Source: Candidatus Altiarchaeota archaeon
Lineage (GTDB): Archaea; Altiarchaeota; Altiarchaeia; IMC4; SCGC-AAA252-I15
Direction of reading: 5' to 3'
Assembly: GCA_043800255.1 (NCBI GenBank)
Contig: JAZDNF010000010.1
Span: forward strand, 67,478-131,477
DNA: 64,000 bases
Of the stretch, positions 30,216-39,453 are shown in pieces. The notes under the pieces were generated by a model, which made no database searches, had not been told where the DNA came from, and saw only the letters and a program-made list of their open reading frames with translations. The position numbers and the translations under genes were made by a program. Numbering within the stretch: the first letter of the stretch is position 1; each line of letters opens with the position of its first letter.

Positions 30216-30835
30216 CGGGCACTAAGGTTGTGAAACTTAAACTGGATGCGGAAGGAGTAGGAGATAAATTACCGAAACTCAAGGACCCTATCGTGGAAGC
30301 TGCTGTCAGAGTGTTCGATGAAAATGAGTGGGTTTCCGACGCCTTCACAGACTACAACAATCTGGACGAGAAACTCCAGGGGATCAGTGTGACAGAAGAC
30401 GGTTTGAACCGCGTGATCGAAATCATCGAAGCATCTCATGAGCCAGACGGCGCATTAAAGCGGAATCTAGGCTTATTCGTCACCGCATTGGTCAAAAATT
30501 CGCCGAAGAACAGGTTCACAGTCAGGGCGAAGAACCCTCTGACTTATCTCGGATTTGCGATGGACAAGGGGAAGGGGATAACAGTCGAGGGAGACGTGGG
30601 AGACATGACAGGATATCATATGGCTGGTGGGCGTGTGACTGTTAAAGGCAATGCCAAGGACGGGACAGGCTGTAATATGGTGGCAGGCAGGATAGTGGTT
30701 GAGGGCAACGCTAGAGACGGGACCGGCGACATGATGAAAGGCGGTATACTAGATGTTCTGGGAGAAATCAGGGAAATAAGCAATAATATATACGGTGGCG
30801 AAGTCCGGCATAAGGGAGTGAAGGTAGCGCCATGA
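30212..30835 (+). CDS. Array member 40, GXGXG beta-helix protein (207 aa)
   Basis: Start moved from 30176 to the MTGTK ATG. Confidence 0.92.
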   Translation: MTGTKVVKLKLDAEGVGDKLPKLKDPIVEAAVRVFDENEWVSDAFTDYNNLDEKLQGISVTEDGLNRVIEIIEASHEPDGALKRNLGLFVTALVKNSPKNRFTVRAKNPLTYLGFAMDKGKGITVEGDVGDMTGYHMAGGRVTVKGNAKDGTGCNMVAGRIVVEGNARDGTGDMMKGGILDVLGEIREISNNIYGGEVRHKGVKVAP

Positions 30836-31500
30836 CAGGAACAAAGGTTGTTAAGCTGAAGTTGGAGGGCGGGTCGGCAGGGCAGCTTCCGAGGCTGAAA
30901 GACGATGCGACTGTTGAGAAGGCTGTCAGAGTCTACGAGGAGAACAAGGGCATGAGCCTGAAGGACTCCGATCCGTTGATGTTCTCCGATGAGAGGGCGT
31001 GGAGCAGATATTATGATAAGATCTCAGAGGAGCTTGGAGACATCAACGTCGACTCCGTGCAACTGCAGAGGATATACGATGCCATACTGCCGAACTACGC
31101 CCTAGACGAGTCTGGAACCCAGAGGGCGGGAATGTTCCTCACAGCACTGATACAGAAGTCAAAAGAGAGCGAATTGAAGCTGACACTGCACCATCCGGTG
31201 GACGCGTTAGGGTACAAATTAAAAGCGGAGAAGACGGTCAGAATCAAGGGGAACATTGGAAGCCACACCGGCTATGACATGGAACGAGGCAGGTTTGAGA
31301 TAGACGGGAACGCCGAGAACAAGACCGGCATCTTCATGAAGAACGGCGTGATTCACATCACAGGAAACGCAGGATATTTCACGGGAACCGGCATGGAAAA
31401 CGGCGAACTCAGGATCGACGGAAAAACAGCCGACCGCGTGAGCCCGAACTTCAGAGGCGGCAAAATCTACGAAAACGGAAAACTGGTGGCGCACAAATGA
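30832..31500 (+). CDS. Array member 41, GXGXG beta-helix protein (222 aa)
   Basis: Leader, GXGXG coils, ATGA overlap. Confidence 0.93.
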   Translation: MTGTKVVKLKLEGGSAGQLPRLKDDATVEKAVRVYEENKGMSLKDSDPLMFSDERAWSRYYDKISEELGDINVDSVQLQRIYDAILPNYALDESGTQRAGMFLTALIQKSKESELKLTLHHPVDALGYKLKAEKTVRIKGNIGSHTGYDMERGRFEIDGNAENKTGIFMKNGVIHITGNAGYFTGTGMENGELRIDGKTADRVSPNFRGGKIYENGKLVAHK

Positions 31501-32183
31501 CCGGGACAAAAGTTGTGAAACTCAAGCTGGAAGGAGGGTCGGGTGAGAAGCTCCCAACTTTGAAGGACCCTACAGTCGAGAAGGCTGCGGAGTTGTTCAA
31601 AAAATCAGAGCTCGGAGATAGTGTCCCATTATTCTTTGAGCAGATGGTGAAGAAAACAAAAAACTTGAACGCCTCATCAGCACAACTGCAGGCTATCATA
31701 CTGCTCATGGAAGAAGAGTGCTATAACAAGAGTTCGTATCCCCCCCTGGCAGGGATGTTCCTCACAGCGTTGATAAATAACTCTAAGACAGACAACTTCG
31801 AATTCGAACTGAAAAAGCCGGTTGACTCGCTCGGTTACCAGCTCGAAGATGGTAAAGAAATCACAGTAACCGCTAACTTGGGGGACTGGCTGGGAGAGCA
31901 GATGACAGGCGGGAAAATAAACGTCAGAGGTTACGCAAGACACCACGTCGGAGCCGAAATGCGCGGCGGAGAAATCCACGTTGACGGGACCATAAAAGAC
32001 TATGCAGCCGACCGGATGACCGGTGGCAGAATACACGTCGGAGAAATCAGAGGAGAATACACTGGACACTATATGGACGGCGGAACACTGGAATCCGACG
32101 GCAGCCTCGGACAGATAAGCCCGAAATACATAAAAGGGGACCTATTCCAAGACGGAGAAAAGTTCACCGTACTGAAAATATGA
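31497..32183 (+). CDS. Array member 42, GXGXG beta-helix protein (228 aa)
   Basis: Leader, GXGXG coils, ATGA overlap. Confidence 0.93.
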   Translation: MTGTKVVKLKLEGGSGEKLPTLKDPTVEKAAELFKKSELGDSVPLFFEQMVKKTKNLNASSAQLQAIILLMEEECYNKSSYPPLAGMFLTALINNSKTDNFEFELKKPVDSLGYQLEDGKEITVTANLGDWLGEQMTGGKINVRGYARHHVGAEMRGGEIHVDGTIKDYAADRMTGGRIHVGEIRGEYTGHYMDGGTLESDGSLGQISPKYIKGDLFQDGEKFTVLKI

Positions 32184-33040
32184 CAGGGACAAAAGTCATC
32201 AAACTCAGGTTGGACGAGGGTGGAACCCCTGAAAAGCTCCCGGAGCTCAAGCAGGATGTGGTGGGCGCAGTGCTCAAGTTCATGGAAGACACAGCGTACA
32301 GGTTCAGCTTCGGCGACCAGCCTGACGAATACTACGACAAGGCCCTGGATGCGACGAGAGGGTTGAACGCAACCTCAGACCAGGTCCAACAGCTGCTGGA
32401 GACGCTGGAACACAAGATCGAGGAAGAAGAGGCAAGCGTACCCCCCGAAGGCAAACCTATCAACGTGCCGGCCGGGTGCTACCTGAAATACAAGATGGGC
32501 TCAGGCCCAGTATTAAGCGCGCTAATGAACAACTCATCTCATGAAAAATTCGAACTCGCCACCAGGCTGCCAATAAGCAATCTAGGATACAAGCTCAGCG
32601 GAGGCAGGAAAATCACCGTCAACGGCGACTTAGGCAGCCACACAGGGGCGAAGATGTCAGACGGGATTATCAAAGTCAACGGGAAAGTCGAGAGTTGCAC
32701 GGGAGCCGGCATGTCCGGCGGCACAATACACATCACGAAAGGCGCGGGAGACTCTGCTGGTTTGGGAATGATAGACGGCACGATCAAGGTTGATGGCAGC
32801 GTCAGAAACGAGACAGGCCTTGCAATGAAAGGCGGAAAAATCATCATCGGAAGGAATGCAGGGGAAAAAACCGGCGATAATATGGCAGGCGGTGAGATAA
32901 CCGTGAGAGGAAACACTGGAAAGGACACAGGATGGCGGATGTATGACGGAACAATAGACGTTTACGGGAAAATCCAACTAAGCAAGAGCGTCTTCGGGGG
33001 CGAAGTACGGCACAAAGGAAAAAAGGTTGCTCCAAAATGA
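32180..33040 (+). CDS. Array member 43, GXGXG beta-helix protein (286 aa)
   Basis: Leader, GXGXG coils, ATGA overlap. Confidence 0.93.
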   Translation: MTGTKVIKLRLDEGGTPEKLPELKQDVVGAVLKFMEDTAYRFSFGDQPDEYYDKALDATRGLNATSDQVQQLLETLEHKIEEEEASVPPEGKPINVPAGCYLKYKMGSGPVLSALMNNSSHEKFELATRLPISNLGYKLSGGRKITVNGDLGSHTGAKMSDGIIKVNGKVESCTGAGMSGGTIHITKGAGDSAGLGMIDGTIKVDGSVRNETGLAMKGGKIIIGRNAGEKTGDNMAGGEITVRGNTGKDTGWRMYDGTIDVYGKIQLSKSVFGGEVRHKGKKVAPK

Positions 33041-33960
33041 CCGGCACGAAAATCGTCAAGCTGAAACTGGAAGGGGACGGGGGAACTGAGAAGCTGCCGA
33101 AGCTGATGGATTATGCCAAAGACAGGCAGGTGATGGTCGCCCTTGAAGCCTATCGGAGGGTTAAGAAGTCAGGTGCGACTGAGGATGTTTACGCCAAAGT
33201 TCTGGAGAACGTAAAGGATTTGGATGTGACGCCCCGGAAGCTCCAGATAATACTGACGGAATTAGAGAAGGAATTCGCAGACGAAGAAGATCTTGTATAT
33301 GGCGGGAAGGCGGGGCTGCTGCTTTCGGCTCTGATACAAAGCTCAAAACATAAGACGTTCCACCTCAGCCCGCTAAAACGTTTGGACAATTTGGGCTTCA
33401 AGCTGCCGGAGGGGAAGAAACTCATACTGGACGATGCAGAGTATTGGAATCTGGGGCATGCCATGATGGGCGGCAAGGTTGTTGTCAGGGGGAACGGAGG
33501 AGACTATCTTGGGCTGGGGATGAAAGCAGGCGAGATACTCGTTGAAGGGGGAACTAATTCCGGAGCAGGCTATCACATGCACGGCGGCACAATAACCGTC
33601 GAAGGGGATTCGGGAATCCAGACCGGGTACCTAATGCAGGGAGGGACTTTGAAGGTCAGGGGGAGCGCAGGACTGGAATTGGGCGCCAGAATGATGGGCG
33701 GCAGGATCGAGGTCGGAGGGGACGCAAAAGACAACGTTGGAGTTGACATGGAGGCAGGCGAAATCGAAGTCAAAGGAAACGCAGGACACTGGACAGGGCA
33801 CGAGATGAAAGGCGGGACCATCACTATAGGAAAAAACGTCGGAGAAGGCACCGGAAGGCATGCGAGAAATGGGGAAATCAGGGTCGGCGGAAAAATCGGA
33901 GGGATAAGCAAAGATCACGGGGCGACGAAGATATACGAGGGCGGAGAACAGGTAAGATGA
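33037..33960 (+). CDS. Array member 44, GXGXG beta-helix protein (307 aa)
   Basis: Leader, GXGXG coils, ATGA overlap. Confidence 0.93.
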   Translation: MTGTKIVKLKLEGDGGTEKLPKLMDYAKDRQVMVALEAYRRVKKSGATEDVYAKVLENVKDLDVTPRKLQIILTELEKEFADEEDLVYGGKAGLLLSALIQSSKHKTFHLSPLKRLDNLGFKLPEGKKLILDDAEYWNLGHAMMGGKVVVRGNGGDYLGLGMKAGEILVEGGTNSGAGYHMHGGTITVEGDSGIQTGYLMQGGTLKVRGSAGLELGARMMGGRIEVGGDAKDNVGVDMEAGEIEVKGNAGHWTGHEMKGGTITIGKNVGEGTGRHARNGEIRVGGKIGGISKDHGATKIYEGGEQVR

Positions 33961-34799
33961 CCGGTACGAAAATCATCAAGCTGAAACTTGAGGAGGGCAG
34001 GGCCTCGGAGACGCTTCCCCAGCTGATGGGGGATGACCTCATGGCTGCCGTTAAAATCTTCAAAAGGATAGAGTACGGCGGCAACATGCACGACTACTAT
34101 GACGAAGCTCTGAAGGCCACTAAAAAAATGAATATTGTCCCCGCGGCGATGATGGAACTGCCGAACCTGCTCAAACAGGAACATTCCAGCGAAGAAAATT
34201 ATGGAGTGACGGCCGGATTATATATGACGGCGCTGATGCAGAATTCTCCCTATAGCATGTTCACGGTCCCGAACATGCCTGAAGTGGATGGCCTCGGATT
34301 CAAGCTCAAAGGAGACAAGAGGATTATCGCATTAGGGTATGTTGGGAAATCACTGGGAAGCCACATGGAGGGAGGATCCATCCACGTGATGCAAAGCGCC
34401 ACCGACGATGTCGGATTGGGCATGAGAGGCGGGGAAATACGTATAGACGGGAACGCAGGGCACAGGATCGGCAGCCGCATGGAAAAGGGGAAAATAACCG
34501 TGATAGGATACGGATGCGACAAAGTCGCGGATGGCATGAAAGGCGGGAAAATAGAGATTGGCGGCAGCGTCGGCAGAGGATTAGGCTCGCACATGGAAGG
34601 CGGCGAAATCCATGTGAAAGGGGATGTGGGGATGAAGCTCGCATTCTTCATGAGAGGCGGGAAAATCACAGTAGACGGCGATATCGTCTCAGTCTCAGGA
34701 ACCACAGTCATCGCAGGCGGCAAGTCGTTTCTGCGGATGGAGGATGAGATATTCGGCGGAGAAATCTGGAACAAGGGGGAGAGGATATTCCCAAAATGA
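33957..34799 (+). CDS. Array member 45, GXGXG beta-helix protein (280 aa)
   Basis: Leader, GXGXG coils, ATGA overlap. Confidence 0.93.
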   Translation: MTGTKIIKLKLEEGRASETLPQLMGDDLMAAVKIFKRIEYGGNMHDYYDEALKATKKMNIVPAAMMELPNLLKQEHSSEENYGVTAGLYMTALMQNSPYSMFTVPNMPEVDGLGFKLKGDKRIIALGYVGKSLGSHMEGGSIHVMQSATDDVGLGMRGGEIRIDGNAGHRIGSRMEKGKITVIGYGCDKVADGMKGGKIEIGGSVGRGLGSHMEGGEIHVKGDVGMKLAFFMRGGKITVDGDIVSVSGTTVIAGGKSFLRMEDEIFGGEIWNKGERIFPK

Positions 34800-35416
34800 C
34801 AGGCACAAAAGTCGTAAAGTTGAATCTGGAGAACGGCGGATTCCAGGAGGGGCTTCCCAGCCTGAAGAAGAATGCTGTGGTGGAGGCTGTCGCCATCTTC
34901 ATGCAGGCAGAATACAGTGGAGCTGACACCTATTATGATAAGGTACTTGCAGAGACTGCTGGACTTGACATGAAACCCCAAGAGATTCAGGAAACGCTCG
35001 AGATGCTCGAGAAAGGTTACGGCCATGAAGAACACTTCCCGGTGAGGGCTGGGTCCCTGCTGACTGCGCTGATGCAGAACTCATCCCAACAGGAATTCAG
35101 CATCAAGCCGAAAACTCCGCTGGATTTCCTGGGATATCGACTGCATGACGGGAAGAAGATTACTGTGGAGGGGGACGTTGGAGGTTACCTCGGGCGTGAG
35201 ATGAGAAATGGAACCATACACGTGAACGGCAACTCCGGAAACCACACTGCCGCCGGAATGGGAGGCGGCACCATAGAGGTGGATGGGGATGCTGGAGAAT
35301 ATACTGCAAGCATAATGCACGGAGGGGTGTTGAAAGTCAACGGGAAGATACGGAAGCTGGCGGACACGTTCCTCAACGGGGAAATATGGGAAAGCGGGAA
35401 GAGGTTGCCCTTATAA
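34796..35416 (+). CDS. Array member 46, GXGXG beta-helix protein (206 aa)
   Basis: Leader, GXGXG coils, ATGA overlap. Confidence 0.93.
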   Translation: MTGTKVVKLNLENGGFQEGLPSLKKNAVVEAVAIFMQAEYSGADTYYDKVLAETAGLDMKPQEIQETLEMLEKGYGHEEHFPVRAGSLLTALMQNSSQQEFSIKPKTPLDFLGYRLHDGKKITVEGDVGGYLGREMRNGTIHVNGNSGNHTAAGMGGGTIEVDGDAGEYTASIMHGGVLKVNGKIRKLADTFLNGEIWESGKRLPL

Positions 35417-35417
35417 T

Positions 35418-36215
35418 ATGACAGGGACTAGAATCGTGAAACTGAAGCTGGAGGAAGACGGCAGCCCGGAAAAACTCCCCCAGCTGATGGGAGATAAAAC
35501 CGATGAGATAGTGCGCGTGTACCGTGAGACGGGCTTTGATAGCTTCCATTATATAAATTACTACAATGAAATGCTGAGGAGGACGGCGAAGTATAATCTG
35601 ACACCAAAACAGCTTCAGAATGTTGTGACCGTGCTAGAGCTAGAACGCTCCCGCAGCCTTGACAAGTACCAGCCAAGCGCAGGCCTTTTCATAACAGCTC
35701 TGATACAAAACTCCGGGCACGACAGATTCGAATTCAGAGTCCGAGAGCGGCTGTCCCGTCTGGGCCACAGGCTGGCGAGCGGAAAAGAGATAATAGTCGA
35801 CGGTGACGTGGAAAATTTCACAGGCGAAAGTCTCCAGGGCGGCAGCATCACGGTAGACGGGAGCGCACGCGAGTGCACCGGAAGTTCGATGAGGAAAGGG
35901 AAAATACTCGTCAAGCACAGCTGTGAGAACTACACCGGCTCTGGCATGAGCGGCGGGAGCATAACGGTCGAAGGCAGGGCTGGGGATGAGACAGGGCACG
36001 AGATGAAAGGCGGGACGATACGGGTAGACTACCATGTAGGCGACAAGACCGGGCAGCGGATGAGCGGCGGCCTCATAGACGTTGGAATGACAGCCGGACA
36101 CGATACTGGAGAGAAAGCGTTTGGGGGCATAATAAAAGTCGGAGGCGAAATCAAAGGCATCAGTCCCCGCTTCCACGGGGATGAGCTCTGGGAAAACGGC
36201 GAAAAGATAAGATGA
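35418..36215 (+). CDS. Array member 47, GXGXG beta-helix protein (265 aa)
   Basis: MTGTRIVKLKLE leader; 1-nt gap upstream. Confidence 0.93.
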   Translation: MTGTRIVKLKLEEDGSPEKLPQLMGDKTDEIVRVYRETGFDSFHYINYYNEMLRRTAKYNLTPKQLQNVVTVLELERSRSLDKYQPSAGLFITALIQNSGHDRFEFRVRERLSRLGHRLASGKEIIVDGDVENFTGESLQGGSITVDGSARECTGSSMRKGKILVKHSCENYTGSGMSGGSITVEGRAGDETGHEMKGGTIRVDYHVGDKTGQRMSGGLIDVGMTAGHDTGEKAFGGIIKVGGEIKGISPRFHGDELWENGEKIR

Positions 36216-36241
36216 CCAAACATACGGTGTGGCCTAGATGA
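36212..36241 (+). pseudogene. Collapsed array unit / 9-aa bridging mini-ORF MTKHTVWPR*
   Basis: ATG ACC AAA CAT ACG GTG TGG CCT AGA TGA; ATGA overlap with member 47 at its start and with member 48 at its end; begins MT and ends VWPR like full units. Confidence 0.7.
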
Positions 36242-37149
36242 CGGGGACAAAGGTTATCAAGTTGAAATTGGATGGGGACGGCGCAGCTGGCAAGCTGCCG
36301 AGGCTGAGAGGCAGTGTGGTGGATGAGGCCCTCGTCGTATTCGACACCACCGAGTTCAATGTTGTGGATGAGTACCGGGATGCTCTGCTTGGGAAGACGA
36401 AGGAGTTGAACGCGGATCAAAAGCAGCTTCAGGAGATTGTCAAACGGTTGGAAGGACGGGAAGATGTTGCGAGGTACGGGACAAAAGCCGGAATCCTGCT
36501 GACCTGTCTGATAGAGAACTCAAGCGAAAGGGAATTCGAATTCAGGATACAACGGCAGATTGACCATGTGGGGTACAGGCTAGCTTCTGACAGAAAGATG
36601 ACCGTTAAGGGGAACGTCGGAGACTTCACTGGGATGGAGATGAAAAAGGGCGAAGTCAACATAAACGGGAACACGACGGACCATGCTGGCATGGGGATGG
36701 AAGGCGGCACCATCAACATAAGAGGAGACGCCAGAGACCATACTGGCGGATTGATGAAAGGCGGGACCATAAACGTAGACGGCGATGCCGGAGCCGACAC
36801 TGGTCAGGGCATGACTGGGGGCACGGTGAACGTAAAAGGGGGCTCAGACGCTCGCACAGGCTATGAGATGGAAGGCGGGCTGATAACTGTCGGCAAGGAT
36901 GCTGGCGAATCCACTGGCAGGCAGATGGAAGGCGGGAGGATAACCGTCGGCGGAAACACTGGAATACTCACAGGCCACAGCATGCGCAAGGGAGAAATCG
37001 ATGTGAAAGGGACAGTCGGGCATGAGGCTGGCGAGCAAATGTCCGGCGGCACCATCAAAGCCGGCATGAAGGTGCTGAGCATCAGCGAAAAATATGAGTG
37101 GGGCGAAATCTGGCAGAGCGGAGAACGACTGAGGCCGATAGAAAGATGA
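36238..37149 (+). CDS. Array member 48, GXGXG beta-helix protein (303 aa)
   Basis: Leader, GXGXG coils. Confidence 0.93.
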   Translation: MTGTKVIKLKLDGDGAAGKLPRLRGSVVDEALVVFDTTEFNVVDEYRDALLGKTKELNADQKQLQEIVKRLEGREDVARYGTKAGILLTCLIENSSEREFEFRIQRQIDHVGYRLASDRKMTVKGNVGDFTGMEMKKGEVNINGNTTDHAGMGMEGGTINIRGDARDHTGGLMKGGTINVDGDAGADTGQGMTGGTVNVKGGSDARTGYEMEGGLITVGKDAGESTGRQMEGGRITVGGNTGILTGHSMRKGEIDVKGTVGHEAGEQMSGGTIKAGMKVLSISEKYEWGEIWQSGERLRPIER

Positions 37150-38075
37150 CAGGGATGAAGGTTATAAAACTGAAGCTGGAGGGAGACGGGAGTGAGACGC
37201 TCCCCAGTCTGAAGGGGGATCCTGTGGAGGCGGCAATCAGAACATTCGAGGAGATAACCTACGTTGATCCGCTGGTTGAGGAAGCCTATGAGAAGATGCT
37301 CAAGTCGACAAGCAGGATAAACGCGGACTCAAGGCAACTGCAGACTATAGTCGAAATATTGGAGGAACGGTACTGTTCTACGGTGTCCCGCCCAGCAGCC
37401 GATGATGAACGGACAAAAGCAGGATTGTACGTGACCGCTCTGGCGCAGAACTCTAAGACAGACAAATTCAACATAACGTCGAACAAGAAGCTGAACTATG
37501 TGGGCTTCAAGCTGAAGGAGGGGAAGGAGATAACCGTGGAAGGCGATGTCTGGGTTGGCGCGGGGCAATGGTTGGACGGCGGGAAACTGACGATAAACGG
37601 TTCCGCAGGCTACCATCTGGGGCACAATATGGCAGGCGGGAGCATACACGTCACCAAAGACGCTGGAGAAGGCGCAGGCTGGGAGATGACCGGAGGAGGA
37701 ATCAACATAGGCGGCAACGCTGGGAACCGGACCGGGTGGGAGATGGCGGGCGGGAACATACGGGTTGACGGCAGCGTAGGAGACGAGACCGGCAGGAACA
37801 TGGTCGGCGGCGAAATACTAGTGGAAAAGGATGCGGGAAACATGACCGGGAAAGGCATGAGCGGCGGAATGCTGACTGTCATCGGAAACGCCGGCGACAA
37901 GACCGGCCTCCAGATGGAACGAGGAGAACTCCGAATCGGGGGGAAATCTGGGAAAGAAACAGGGGAAGAGATGTGGGGCGGCAGGATAACCGTTCTGGGA
38001 GAGATCGAAGGGATAGCTGAGAAAAAACACAGCGGCGAAATATGGCAGAAAGGAACTAAGGTGTGGCCAGAATGA
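37146..38075 (+). CDS. Array member 49, GXGXG beta-helix protein (309 aa)
   Basis: Start moved from 37098 to the MTGMK ATG (ATGA overlap). Confidence 0.92.
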   Translation: MTGMKVIKLKLEGDGSETLPSLKGDPVEAAIRTFEEITYVDPLVEEAYEKMLKSTSRINADSRQLQTIVEILEERYCSTVSRPAADDERTKAGLYVTALAQNSKTDKFNITSNKKLNYVGFKLKEGKEITVEGDVWVGAGQWLDGGKLTINGSAGYHLGHNMAGGSIHVTKDAGEGAGWEMTGGGINIGGNAGNRTGWEMAGGNIRVDGSVGDETGRNMVGGEILVEKDAGNMTGKGMSGGMLTVIGNAGDKTGLQMERGELRIGGKSGKETGEEMWGGRITVLGEIEGIAEKKHSGEIWQKGTKVWPE

Positions 38076-38764
38076 CAGGAACCAAGGTCGTGAAACTGAA
38101 ACTGGAGGACGACGGGCGAGAGAAGCTCCCCCCGCTGAAGGAGGATTCGATAGTGGCTCATGTGGTTGAAGTCTACGGGCAAAGAGAGTACCGTGGTCGT
38201 TTCACAGAAATCGCAGAATACTACGATAATTTGTTGGAGGATATCGAAGGGTTGGATGTCAGGCCCCGGCAACTTCAGCGGATATACGACACGCTGGAGG
38301 AAACATATCCTAAGGAGCCGAAACATGTGAACAAGTTGGGCATATTCCTGACCGCATTAATCCAGAAGTCAACATCTGAGGAATTCGAGCTGAAGGTGAG
38401 GAAGCCGCTCGGACATCTGGGCTACCTCCTGAAAGGTGGCAAGAAGATTACGGTGAGCGGGAATCTTGGGGAAGCCGCAGGCCACTGCATGAAAGACGGG
38501 AAATTGATTGTGAAGGGGAACACGGGGGATACGACCGGGTGGGGGCTTGAAGGCGGAGAGATTATCCTAGAGGGGAACGCTGGAAAGAACACGGCGCATG
38601 GGATGAAAGGCGGAACACTCCACATAAGGGGAAACAGTGGCATATGGACTGCGACTGCGATGGAGGGCGGAATCCTGAAGGTGGACGGAAAAATAAAAGA
38701 GATAAGCGACGACTACCGAAGCGGGGAAATCTGGGAAGGCAACGTAAGGAGGAGGCCAAAGTGA
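38072..38764 (+). CDS. Array member 50, GXGXG beta-helix protein (230 aa)
   Basis: Start moved from 38063; close paralog of member 51. Confidence 0.92.
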   Translation: MTGTKVVKLKLEDDGREKLPPLKEDSIVAHVVEVYGQREYRGRFTEIAEYYDNLLEDIEGLDVRPRQLQRIYDTLEETYPKEPKHVNKLGIFLTALIQKSTSEEFELKVRKPLGHLGYLLKGGKKITVSGNLGEAAGHCMKDGKLIVKGNTGDTTGWGLEGGEIILEGNAGKNTAHGMKGGTLHIRGNSGIWTATAMEGGILKVDGKIKEISDDYRSGEIWEGNVRRRPK

Positions 38765-39453
38765 CGGGAACCAAGGTCGTGAAACTGAAGCTGGAGGATG
38801 AGGGTTTAGGCAAAAAACTTCCGAATCTGAAAGCAGATCCAGTAGTAGACCATGCGGTTGAAGTCTACGGACAAAGAGAATATCGTGATAACTACATGGA
38901 AATCATAGATTACCATCAGAAAGTTTTAGAGGATGCACGGGGATGGGATGTCACTTCCACCCAACTCCAAGAGATCTGTGGCAGAATAGACGACGGATAC
39001 TCCAACGAGCTGAAACATGATACGAAGTTGGGGATATTCTTGAGCGCCTTGATGAATGAGTCTAACCACAAGGAATTCAAGCTGAAAGTAAGAACGCCCC
39101 TCAGCCATCTGGGTTACCTGGCAAGTGACAAGGATATCACAGTCACGGGTGACTTGGGGGAGGCCGCAGGCCACTGCATGAAAGACGGGAAATTGATTGT
39201 TAAGGGGAACACAAGAGATATGGCCGGTTTGGGGCTTGAAGGCGGGGAGATCATCGTGGAAGGGAATGCCGGGACTAACACAGCACGTCTGATGGAAGGC
39301 GGAACCCTCCACATAAAGGGGAACAGCGGCATATTGACAGCCCTTTCGATGACCGGCGGAATCCTGAGAGTGGAGGGGAAAATAAAAGAAATGAGCGATG
39401 ACATCAGAGGCGGCGAGATTTGGCAGGGCAACAAGAAGGTGTGGCCGAGATGA
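38761..39453 (+). CDS. Array member 51, GXGXG beta-helix protein (230 aa, GTG start)
   Basis: Start moved from 38644 to GTG-TGTK (GTGA overlap), AAGGAGGAGG upstream. Confidence 0.91.
   Translation: MTGTKVVKLKLEDEGLGKKLPNLKADPVVDHAVEVYGQREYRDNYMEIIDYHQKVLEDARGWDVTSTQLQEICGRIDDGYSNELKHDTKLGIFLSALMNESNHKEFKLKVRTPLSHLGYLASDKDITVTGDLGEAAGHCMKDGKLIVKGNTRDMAGLGLEGGEIIVEGNAGTNTARLMEGGTLHIKGNSGILTALSMTGGILRVEGKIKEMSDDIRGGEIWQGNKKVWPR

Noticed and set aside
6066-39449. Longer N-termini in the ORF track (e.g. starts at 8319, 15351, 16746, 22120, 37098, 38644)
   Set aside because: These extensions overlap the upstream gene; the conserved leader and ATGA/GTGA overlap define the real starts.
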